In this document: in pieces, positions 42,589-53,810 of the stretch
How positions within the stretch are numbered: the first letter of the stretch is position 1
How the letters are laid out: each line of letters begins with the position of its first letter
DNA from: Scenedesmus sp. PABB004
Lineage: Eukaryota
Assembly: GCA_014905635.1 (NCBI GenBank)
Contig: CM026547.1
Coordinates: 2,108,001 to 2,172,000, forward strand
Direction: 5' to 3'
DNA length: 64,000 bases
Notes under the pieces: generated by a model
Databases searched by the model: none
Told to the model about the DNA's origin: nothing
Seen by the model: the letters and a program-made list of their open reading frames with translations, nothing else
Made by a program: the position numbers and the translations under genes

Positions 42589-45500
42589 TCACGCGGCGGA
42601 CGCAAACGCCGCGGCGGCGGCGCTGCAGTTCTTCTCCTCCTCCTTGGAGCACTTGTGCTTGCTGTAGTAGGTGCAGTCCGACCTGCACACCGCGAGCTTG
42701 CACTTGCCGCTGCTGCAGCGGCAGCCGGGGCAGCAGTCGGCGTCAGCGCGGCACTGGGCGTCGGCCTTGGCGCAGGGCCAGGCCTCCGGCGCGCGGCAGT
42801 AGCCGACGCGGCTGGCGTGGTCCCACTTGCAGATGAGGCCGTCGCAGCACGTGGCGCCGCCATAGCTGCGCGCGGGCGGCGCGGGCGGGGCGGGGCGGGG
42901 TGGCGCAGGCGGCGGATTCGCCGCCAGCCACGGCAATGGGCGGGCAGGGCGGGCACGCGGCCGCCGCGCCGCCGTCGCGCGGCGCGTCCGCACCAGTTGC
43001 CGCAGACCTCGCCCTCCTTGCCGCACTGGCGCGTGGGCAGGCAGCGGAAGCTGGGGCTGTAGTACGTGTGCGGCCGGGCCTTGGCCAGCGCCTGGCAGGA
43101 GGAGCCCGCGCAGCAGGGGTCCTTGCAGCCCGCGCCGGTGCAGGGCGTGCACTCGAGCCACGCGCCCGTGCATGTCGCGCAGGTGTCGGGCGCGCAGGCC
43201 GCGCCAAACTGCCAGCGCGTGGCGCCGGAGCAGCCCGAGGCGAGGGTCTGCACGCACGTGCCGCTCTGCGTGCAGCACGCGCCGACGCTGTGGCGGCAGG
43301 AGGGCACGCGGGCGGGCGCGCGAGCTCAGCAGCGGCCCGGCGCAACAACCGCTGCCCGGCGAGCTGCACCGCGGCAGGCGAGCAGCGCGGCTGCTCACCA
43401 GACGCCCTTCTGCCCGCAGGTGCCTCCCGCGCTCCACGTGCTCGGCGCCGGGCACTGGGCGAGGCTGTGTCTGTTGGTGCACGCGCCGGTCGTGGGGTTG
43501 CAGCACGCGCCGGTGGCCTGCGGGCGGCGGGCGCGGGGTGAGGCAGGTGCGCGCCGCGCGCCGCGTGCCGGCGGCGGCGGCGGTGGGCTGCGCACCAGGG
43601 CTTTGACGGTGGCGCTGGCGCTGCTGGTTGACACGATGCTGCCGGGCGCGAGCACGGAGGCCACGTTGATGATCTCGCCCTCCTGCGTGACCCGTGCGGC
43701 GATCACCACGCGCCGGCTCTGGCCCGCGGGGATGCTGGCAAAAAGGCAGCTCACGACCGACCCGCCGCCCTCGAGCGCGCACTCCTTGGCCGGCAAGACC
43801 GACACAAAGTCGAGGCCGGCCGGCAGCGGGTCCCGGACAACGACGCCCGTCGCCACGCCGTTGCTCGACGCGGCGATGATGGTGTAGCGCACGACGCCGC
43901 CCACGGTGGGCCGCGTGGGCGCGCCGGCCTTGCTGAGCGTCACCGTGGGGGCCGCGGCCACGCGCACGCAGCAGTCGGCCGCGGTCAGACTGTTGCTGGG
44001 GGAGGTGACCTTGACCGCGCTCGCATTGAAGTAGCTCCCCGCGGGGCAGCTGAACCGGCTGTTGTCCCAGTTGAACGCGCCGCAGCTCGGGACAAACTGG
44101 CGGGCGCGCCGCGCGCGGGCAGGCGGGCGGCGTCAGGCGGGGCGTGGCAGGGCGCGGCACGCGCGAGCCCCGCGCCGCCCGCAGTGGGCGCGCGCCGCCG
44201 GCCGGGCGCGCACCGCGAGCGACATGGTGGCGTCGCCGCCGGCGGCCCGCACGAGGGTGCCGGCGGCCAGCACGCCGTTGCCGGCGGCGGTGGCAAAGTT
44301 ATTGAGCGCGCCGGGGCCGGTCGCGACGGCGGTGAGCGTGGCGGTGCGCGTCTCGCCCTCCTTCAGCGTGCCCCAGTCGCACGTCATCGTCTGACCGGAC
44401 AGGGAGCACTCTGCGCGCGCCGCGCAGTGGGCGACGGGCGCGCACGGGGGTGGGCTCGTGCGCGCGCGCCTGCGCGGCGCCGCGCGCCGTGGCGGCCCCG
44501 CGGCAGGGCGCGGCGCGCACCCTTGGGGCTGACGGCCGTGGGCTTGAGCGGCGCGATGAGGGCGTCGACGAGCTTCACGCTGCGCACCTCACCAAGGCCC
44601 GCGTTGCGCACCTGCGCGCAGCGGGCGGCGGGCGGGCGCGCCCTCGGCCCGCGCGCCCCGCGCCCGCGGCGCCGGCCGCCGCGGCGCGCGGCAGCAGGTT
44701 GGCTGCGCCGCGCCGTGTGGGCCGGGCGGGGCGCGCCCGCACCGTCATGGTGAAGTTGCACGGCTCGTTGATGCGGATGGCTGCCCCGGGGCCGACCTTG
44801 GTGACCGTGATGTCGGGCGCGCCGGCGGGCGTGAGGTCGATGGTGCAGCACTTGGCAACCGACGCCTCGGTGCTCGCGATGTTGGCGGTGTCGAGCACCA
44901 GGCCCAGCGGGCAGGGGAAGCGCCCGCCCGTCGGCGTGAACGCGCCGCACGTGGGCGTGTACTGCGGGCGGGCGGGCGCGGCGCGGGGTCTGCGGCGCCG
45001 GCCGGCGGCGGGGGGGGCTGCGCTGGGCCGGCGCGCGCGCGTGCGCGCACCACAAAGGTGTTGATCGCGTCGCTGTTGTCGCCCTCAAAAACGTCATCGT
45101 CGGCGGTCACAAACACCGCGTTGCCGACCACGCCCGACGACAGCGCCTTGACCCGGATCGTGCCCTCAACCGCGGCGCCGGCGGGGACGGTGCCGACGGT
45201 GCACGTCACGACCTGCCTGCCCGCGGACGGCGTCATCACGCAGTCTGCAGGGCGAGTGCGGGGCCGGGCGGCAGGGCAGGGCGGCGGGGTTGGGCGGCGC
45301 CGGCGCGGGCGGGCGCGGCGCGGCCTGGCGGCCGGCCCAGCTGGCGGAGCTCGCGCGCGGCCGGCGCTCACTCAGGGAGGCGGGCGACACGGCCACAAAC
45401 TGCACGCTGGCGGGGAGGGCGTCGGTGGCGACCACGTTGCGCGCCTCGCCCGTCCCACGGTTGGTCAGGGTGATGGTGTAGTCAAACTCAGACCCCGCGG

Positions 45501-48500
45501 CGACGGGCAGGGTCGGGCCTGTGCGGCGCGGCGCGGCGCGGCGCGGCGCGCGGGCAGGCGGGGGTGGGCGCGGGCAGGCGGCGGCGCGTCCCGCGCGGCC
45601 GCGCGCCGAGCCTGCGGCGCGTGTCACGGCGGGCCGGTAGCTCTCACCCGACTTGACCACCTCCATGTCAGGGCGGGGGCGGTCGAGCTTGATGCAGCAG
45701 GCGACGTCCGAGGGCGACGAGACGTCCCGCGTCGCGGCGTTGGACACGGCGTCCGCGGGGCAGGGCCACTTGGCGCCGTCGGGCGAGAACCGGCCGCACG
45801 TCGGCGTGTACTGCGCGGGGCGGCGGGGCGGCGGGGCGGGCGGTCGGCACCCGCGCGGTGCGGCACGGCGCGGCGCTGGGCGGGGGTCTGGCCACAGCGG
45901 CTGGTGCGGCCCCGGCGGCTCACCACGTTGGTCCAGACGTAGTCGTTGTTGTTGCTCAGGTCAGCGTCGGCGTCGGCGGTCGCGCGGACGGCGTTGGACC
46001 ACGACCCCGCCTCGCTCGCGGCGGCGGCGATGGTGATGTTGAGCGCGGCGCCCCCGGCGAGGGTGCCGAGGTTGCAGGTGACCGTGCGGCCGGCGATGCT
46101 GCACTTGGGGTGGTCCACGCTCAGCGGGCGGAGCGGCGGCGTCATCGCGTCCACGACGACCACGTTGGCCGCGGCGAGCTGCCCCCGCGACGCGAGCGCT
46201 ATGGTGTAGGCAAAGGGCTCGCCCACCGGCACCAGCGCGCTGGGGCCGTACTTGGCAACCTCCAGGTCCACCACGCCCGCGGGCCCGCAGCACGCCGCGT
46301 CGCTGGGCGAGGTGCTCGCGGCCGCGCTGGCGTTGAAGACCGAGCCTGCGGCGCAGGGCCACTTGGCGCCGTCGGGGGAGTACGAGCCGCACGTCGGCGT
46401 GTACTGCGCGGCGCGGCGGGGCGGGGCGGGTGAGCGCGGGGTGACTGGGGGCGGCCGGCGCGCCGGGCCGGTTCGGGGCGGGGCGGGGCGCTGGGCCCCG
46501 GGCCGGCGCCTGCCGGCTCACCGTGGTGACGGTGGCGGTGGCCCTGTTGTTGGCCTTCTTGTCGGCGGGCTCGTTGTCGGCGTCGGCAGACGCGGTGTTG
46601 CCGAGGCTGCCCGCCGCGAGCACGGTGACGGTGATCTTGACCACCGCGCTGCTGCCTGCCGCCAGGCTCGCCCAGCCGCACGAGACGCGCTGCCCGGCGA
46701 TGGCGCACGCGCCTGCGTGGCCGCGGCGCAGGCGGGCCCGCGGGCGTAAGGCGGGCAGCACAGGCGGCGCGCGCGCTCGCTGCGCGCCCCGCTGGAGCTC
46801 GGCCCGCACGGCCGCCCGCGCGCGGCGGCGGCGCACCCGCGGGGCTGACGGCCACGGGCCTGAGCGCCGCGATGATGTCGTCAGTCAGACTGACGCCCGT
46901 GGCGGCGCCGTCGCCAATGGACGTCACGCGCAGGGAGTAATCAAAGCGGCTGCCCACGGGCTGGCGGTCGGTGGGGCCGACCTTGACCAGGGCCATGTCC
47001 GCGCCGGGCGCGGCAGGCAGGCGATACTGCACGAGCGGACGGGGCGGCGGGCTAGGCGTGGAGCGGCAGGTGCAGGGGGGGGGGTGCCCTGCCCCGGGGC
47101 GGCCCGCTGCGCGGGCGTGCGCCGCGCCGACTCACGCAGCACGTCTCTTGGCTGGGCGAGTCGGCCTGGGTTGCGCTGGCATTGAACAGGGACCCTGCGG
47201 CGCAGGGGAAGGGCTTGCCCAGCTGGAACAGGCCGCACGTGGGGTCCAGCTGCGCGCACACAGGCGGGAGGCAGGCACGCGTCAGCGGCGGCGTCCGCCG
47301 CCGCGCCCCGGGCGAGGCAGGGGCCGCCCGGCCGGCGCGTGCCCGCCGCCGGCTGGCTCACCACGCGCACGATCGCGCTGTCGGCGTGGGTGTAGAGCTG
47401 GTCGCCGCTGGTGACACTCGCATAGTTGAAGAACGTGCCGGCCGCGCTCGCCGTGCAGCGCAGCAGCACGGTCCTGCTCGCGCCGACGGCCAGGTCGCCG
47501 AGGGCGCACTTGAGCGTGTTGCCCGACACGGAGCAGCCCGCGGTGGGGGTCGACACGACGACAAACGGCGCGGTCAGCGTGTCGATGAGCTGCGCCGCGG
47601 CGGCGGTCTTGTTGCCCACGTTGCTGATGAGGAACCTGCGCGTGGCATCGGCGGCGTGAGCGGCCGGCGACCATGGCGGCGGCGGCGCCCTTGCCCCATC
47701 CCACGCGCAGCGCGCGGCGCACCTGAAGTCAAACTCCTGGCCCACCTCGACGGCCGCGTCGGGCCCGATCTTGGCGACGTCCAGCTCCGGCGGCGGCGCG
47801 CGGCGGCAGCACTCCTTGGCGCTCGGCGGCGGGCTGCTCTGGTCGAGCTTGGCGGGGTCGATCTCGAGGCCGTCCCCGCAGTCGATGGGCTTGGCGGCTG
47901 GCGTGAATGCGCCGCACGTGGAGCGGTACATGTAGGTGTTGGCGCCGGCCGTGTTGTCCGACAGCAGCGTCTCGCCCACCGCGCTGACGCTCGCATAGTT
48001 GGCAACCGCCCCCGGCGCGTCGGAGCGCAGCGTGAGCGTGTACGTGCGGCTGCTGCCCGCGGGCATGGCGCCGATGGCGCACGTCACGACGCTGCCCGCT
48101 GCGGGGCGCGCGCGCCGGCGGCGCGCGCAGGCTGCGGGGCGGCGGCGGCGGCGGCAGCGTGGGCTCTCGCACGGCGCGCGCGGGTCCGCGCCGGCCCTGC
48201 CGGGCCGCCTGGGCAGCTCGTCTCACCCGGGGAGATCACGACGAAGCTCATCCCATTGGGCAGCACGTCGGTCAGCACCACGCCCGCGGCGTCCGCGGGG
48301 CCCAGGCTCCTGACCGTGAGTGTGTAGTTGAACGTGTCACCCACGCGCACCGCGTCAGACGGGCCTGCGGCGACGAGCGACAGCGCGGGGTCGAGCGCCT
48401 GTCGGCCGCGGCGGCGCGTGCGCGCGCCAGCCAGCCTTCCCGGGGGCCCCACCGCGCGGCGCGCGCGCGCCGGCCCCTCGGGCACCGGGCGCCGGGCGCA

Positions 48501-51500
48501 CCCGTCTTTGTGAGCGCGACGTCGGGCTGCGGCACGGGCACGAGGACGCAGCACACGGCCTGCGTGGGCGGCGTGGCCTGCAGCGCGCCGCCGTCAAAGC
48601 TGTAGCCCGTGGGGCAGGCAAACTTGTCGCCCGCGGCGTTGATGAAGCCGCAGCGGGGCAGGAAGACCGAGGCCGAGGCGCTGTCGGCGTTGTTTGAGAG
48701 GTCGATGTCCTGCGCCGAGCTCACGGTCGCGACGTTGTTGAATGTGCCCTGCGCGCCACCGGCAAAAGGGGTGTGGGTGCGTGTGTGTGTTTGTGGTTTT
48801 GGGGGGGGGGGAGACAAGTCACGCGGCCTGACCGCGGGCCGGCGCGCGCGCACCTGCGTGCTCGAGCGGGTGGTGACCCGGACCGTCACCGAGCTGCCCG
48901 CGCTCATGTTGCCCAGGTTGCACGTCACGGTCTGGCCGGCGATGCCGCACGCCGGCGACGGCGTGACCGACACCGGCACGAGCGGCGCCTGCAGCGTGTC
49001 GACGAGCTGCACGGCGGTGGAGGGGTCGGCGCCGCGCGCGTCTACGCGCAGCACGAAGTCAAAGTTGGTGTCTACCGCCACCGCGGTCGCGGGCGCGGTC
49101 TTGGTGAGCGCCAGGTCTGGGAAGAGCACGCGGTTGCAGCAGGTCGCGAGGCCCGGCGAGGTGCTGCTCGCGGCGCCGGCGTTCACGGTGTAGTTGGCCG
49201 GGCAGGTAAACGCGGCGCCGGCGGTCGTAAAGACGGCGCAGGTGGGCACGTACTGCGTGGCGCGGCGGCGGCGGGGCCGGCGGGGACGTCGGCGGCTCGG
49301 TGCCGCCCGCGCATCACAACGCCGCACGCCGGCCGCTCGCGCTGCTGCCGCCCCAGCTCCGGCCCTGCCAGGCAGTGCGCTGCCTGGCGGGCTCACCAAG
49401 GTGACGCTGACCTGCGGGCGGCAGCGGCGGGCGGGCGCTCAGCGATGCGCCTGCCGCGCCTCAGCCCGGCCGCGGCGGCGGCCGCCGCGCCCCGCACCGT
49501 GTCGGTGTTGTCGGCCAGGTTTGCGTCGAGCAGGGCGGCCGCGTCCACGCGGTTGGCGACCGCGCCGAGGGTCGGGCCGACCGCCTGGGTCGTGACGGTG
49601 ATGTTGTAGGTGGTGCCGACCGGCACCGTGCCAAAGTCACACGACAGGACCTGGGCGCTGATCGTGCACACTGCGCGCATGCGACGGCGGCGGTGGCGGC
49701 GGCGTTGGCGCGCCGGCGGGCGCGCGCGCGCGCGCTTGCATGGGCGCGCGCGCACCAGTGGCGCCGGGGCTGGGCGTGACGGCGACGCTGAGGGGGGTGA
49801 GCCCCGCGGGAAAGGTGTCTGCCAGTGTGACGTTCTTGGCCTTGAATGTCCCGCGCGAGCTGAGCTGGATGCGAAAGTCAAACGTCGAGGTGAGCGGGAT
49901 CAGCGTGGCGGGGCCGTACTTGCGGACCTGCGCGCCGCGTGTGGGGGCGAGGGCAGGCCGCGCGGCGGGCCCTCGGCGCGTGCGGGGCCGGGGCTGCGGC
50001 GGGCTCTCCGCGCGCGGCGCGGGCCGCGGCGGCGGCGTGCGGGCTGGGCGGGCCACGCGCGGCGCGCGCCTCCAGGTCTGCCCCCGGGGTCTCCTTGCAG
50101 CAGGTGGCGGCGCTGGGCGGTGCGAGCAGGGCGGAGGTGGCGTTGTAGACGAGGTCGCCGGTGCAGACGTACGTCGCGCCGTTGCCGTCGGTGGAGCCGC
50201 ACGCGGGGACATACTGCGCGCGCGCCGCGGCCGCGGGGCGCGGCTGAGGCGCAGCGCGCGCGCGGCCTGGTCGCTCGCCGGCAGCGCGCGGAGCGTGGGC
50301 AGCGCGCTGCGCGTGCCGCGCGCGCACCGTGGTCACGGAGACGGTGTTGGAGGGCACCGCTGCGCCGGCGCCGATGTAGGCGTTGGCCGTGTTGGCAAAC
50401 GTGTTGGCGGTGCTGGCCTGGGCCGTGATGGTGATGGTCACGGCCGTGTCCTCGGGCACGTCGCCCAGGCTGCACCTCACGCGCTGGCCAGTGACGGTGC
50501 AGGCGCCGCCTGGCGGCGGGGGGCGCGGCGGCGCAGCGGCAGGCGCGTCGGGCGCGCTGTGGCACGACTGCTGCCGTGCGGGGCGCACGCGCGGCGGGTG
50601 CCGGGAGGCAGCGGGCGGGCGCCAGGAGGCACGCGCTGCGGCGCTCACTGCTGGCCGACGCGGACTGCGGCACGACGTTGGTTGGCAGGTCGTCGATCAC
50701 TGTCACGTTCACGGCCGCGATGGTGCCCGTGGAGTTGAGGATGAGGCTGAAGTTAAACGGAGCGCCAACCTGGATCAGGGACGCGGGCCCCGCCTTGGCG
50801 ATGGCGACCGAGGCCGTGCCCAGCACCACGATCTGCGGCGCGCGAGCGCGACGGGGGCGGCACAGAGACGGAGGCGCGTGGCGGGCGCGCGCGGCGGGGA
50901 CCGGCCGGCGGGAGCGCGGCGGCAGCGCCGGCCGGCCGCGGTGGCCCCGCGCGCTGCGCGCGCGCCGCGCGCGCCGCACCCTGCAGCAGGTCGCGGCGTC
51001 GGTGGTGGTGGAGTTGACGTTTGCGGCATCGAGCACGCTCGACCCGGTGCAGGGGTACTCCTGGGCCCCCGCGGGCGCGGTCGGGTCGTAGAGGCCGCAT
51101 GTGGGAGTGAAGACGATGACGCTCGCGCTGTCCGTGTTGTCGCCTAAGATGAGATCGTTTGTGGCCGTGGACGTGCCGCTGATGGGGTACGACCCGCCCG
51201 CGCTCGCCTGGCAGGTCAGCGTCACTGCGGCGCGGCCGGGCGGCGGTGCGGGGGCGCGTGGCGCGGGCGTGCGAGGGGCGGGCGAGCTGGGCCGCGCTGC
51301 TGCGGAGTGGCGGTGGCGGTGCGCAGCCGCCGCTGGCCCCGCCCGCGCGCGCACACCCGTGATGCTGCTGCCCGCCGTCATGTTGCCAAAGTTGCAGGAG
51401 AGCGCCGTGCTGCTCGTCAAGGAGCACGCGGGAGTGGGCGTCACCGCCGAGCAGGTCACGCCGGCGGGCAGCGTGCTGGTCAGCGCCGCGCTCTCCGCGG

Positions 51501-52930
51501 TGGAGTCTCCGACCGACTCTACCAGCAGCGCGACGTTAAAGTTGGTGCTCGGCAGCACCGAGCCAGCGGGACCTGATGCCGTCGTCCTGAGGTTTGCCGT
51601 GTTAGCCGGGGTGTAGCAGCACGTGGCCTGGGCCTTCGTGGCGGTCTCAATGTTCTGGTAAGTTCCGTTGCGGGAGGTGTTGAAAAACGTGCCCGTGGCG
51701 CAGGCGAACGACGCGTTGTACTGCGCGGCGGGCGGCGCAGCGGTGGCGACGGCTGCGGCGCGGGCGGGGGCCGCCAGGGCGTGGCGGTGGGCTGCTAGGA
51801 GGCGCGCGCACCATGTAGAGGCCGCACGTGGGCACAAAGGTCTGCACGTTGATTGGCAGCACGCCGCTGCTGCATTTGCTCGACGTCGCGGGGCCGCTGA
51901 CCATCCAGTGGCTTGGCGTGCTGTTCGTCGCGGCGCACGCTGAGCCCGTAAGGCTCTGGCTCCTGCGGGTGAGGCGGCGGCGTCGTCGGCGCCTGCCGGC
52001 GCTGCGCCGCCCGCGCGCAGCGCCCCAGCGCAGTGCGCGCGCCGGCAGCCCGGCCGTCGCCGGCCCCGGCGGCTGCGGCGAGCGCGCACCACCCGATCGC
52101 CCAGTCCAGGGGCTGGCCGCCGCAGGGCCGGGTCGACACGTTCAGGGCGGGCATGACGCAGTCCACCACAAAGCCGGGCACGCTCACGTTCACGTTCCCG
52201 GAAGCCACGTCCCCTGCACCGCGGCGGCGCGCCGCGCTGGCGCAGCGCGCGGGGCGCGCCGCCGCCGCGCCGGGCCTCCCGGGTGCCGCCGCGCGCGCTG
52301 CGCCAGCGCCCGCCTCGCCCGCACCGCAGCAGTCGTTGTCGCTCTGTGCGGTGACGGTCGGGTCCAGCGCAATCTTGGTGCACTTGCCGTTGGCCTGCCT
52401 CGCATAGATGCCGATGTCGTACCGGTTCGTGCTGGCCGACAAGGTGACGACGAGCGTGCCCGCCATGCGCTGGCCGCTGTAGCACACCGCGCACGTCTTG
52501 CCCGCGAGCGCGGGGTCACAGCACGGGGCGCCCGGCAGCGACGCGCCGGCGGTGACAGCCGGGGCGAGGATGCTGGCGCCGATGATCCTGAGGTCGTTCG
52601 CGGTGCAGCCGGTGCCGCCGTCGGCGGCGATGCAGTTGGAGTCAAACGCGGGGCCGTAGTCCGCGGCGCTGCAGTTGGTCTGCGGCGGCCGGCGGCGGCG
52701 GCGTCGGCCGGAGCGCGCCGCGCGCTCTCCGCGCCCAGCCCGCGCCGCGCCGCGCGCACCTGCAGGAGCCGGCGCCGCAGCGCGCCCAGCGTCGTGCCGT
52801 AGCTCCCCCGTGTGCTGCTGACGGTGGCCGGCGCGTCGTCGCGCATGAGGGGGGTGAAGAGGTCGACGTCCAGCGCCACCGCGCGCGCCAGGCCCGCCAC
52901 CACCAGCAGGAGCGCGTACGCGCGCCTCAT
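42589..52930 (-). CDS. Giant secreted Cys-rich protein: signal peptide, RRLL propeptide, N-terminal Cys domain, 11 x [4-Cys module + DUF11/TIGR01451-like Ig domain], C-terminal Cys-rich repeats; ~30 introns
   Basis: MRRAYALLLVVAGLARAVA...RRRLLQ. Repeated DLxVxK.GP...VG..F.YT..V.N.G...A..V..TD.LP.G...VS...C......V.C.LG.L.AG......N.A.......N signature, each preceded by xPTCG...C...CC. Stop at 42589. Confidence 0.9.
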
Positions 52931-53810
52931 GCCTGCTCGTTGACCAGCCGCGCAACGGGTCTGCGGGCGGAGCGGGCGCGCAGCGTCACCGCGGCGTCGC
53001 TGCCCGCCGGTGAGGGCCGCCGCCGACGCCACCGCCGCCGCCTCCGCCGCGCCGTGCGGGGGCTGCGCCTGGTGTTGGGGGCCACGCAGGAGCTGGTAAG
53101 CCGCGCGCGCGATCCAGGGGCGCTGAACGGCCCGCGGCAGTCGCGCCCGCCAGCCCAGGCCCCGGGCCCGCCCGCCCGCCGGCCGCCAAGCCGCACGCCG
53201 CCCGCGAAAATGCATGGCACCGATCAGCCAGTCACAGCGCTCACCTTGCTGCGGAGGCCGCCGGCGGGTGCCGCAGGCGCACCGCGGTCTCCTCGAGCTT
53301 CGCGGAGAAGCGCAGCTTCGATTGCCGGCCTTGCCACGCGTCTGTGGCTCTGTATGCGCGCGTGGCGTACGGCTCAGCGGCACAGGAGCACGTCCAGCCC
53401 GGGAGAAGCCGGCCGGCAAACAGCTGGCCGGAGAGGTCAACAGCAGCTTGTCCACCGGGGACGGGACTCGCGTGTGCTGAAAAATCGCGGCTGCTTCGCA
53501 AGCCAATACAATGAACGTCGCACCCTGAACATTCTCAGGCGTCTTTGAGCCGCGCGGGTTGCAGATCGGCGCCGGCCGCAGGGGCAGTGCGCAGGGATGC
53601 GAGGGCCGCTCGCGCACGGCGACCCGCACGGCCGCGCGTGCACCGCCCAGCGTCTAGGGATCGCGCATCGAGCTCGATGCCACGTCGCGCGCGCCCCTCG
53701 GGGCGGGCGGCGGCGGCCGGTTACCTTGCGGCACCCGGCACTGCGCGGCGCGCGAGCCGCAAGCGGCCGCGGCGGCGCTCGGGCCCGGCGGCGCCAGCTG
53801 CCGCCCCAGC

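Noticed and set aside
37633..52930. Bacterial contamination, prophage or endogenous giant-virus insert
   Set aside because: Both genes have many host-type spliceosomal introns, host GC and eukaryotic targeting signals. No viral or mobile hallmark genes are present.
53480..53555. Lower-GC patch with small hairpins (GGCTGC-TTC-GCAAGCC; CTGA..TCAG) suggesting an ncRNA
   Set aside because: The stems are too short and no tRNA/snRNA/snoRNA boxes are evident. It is more simply promoter or UTR sequence between the channel and DUF11 genes.
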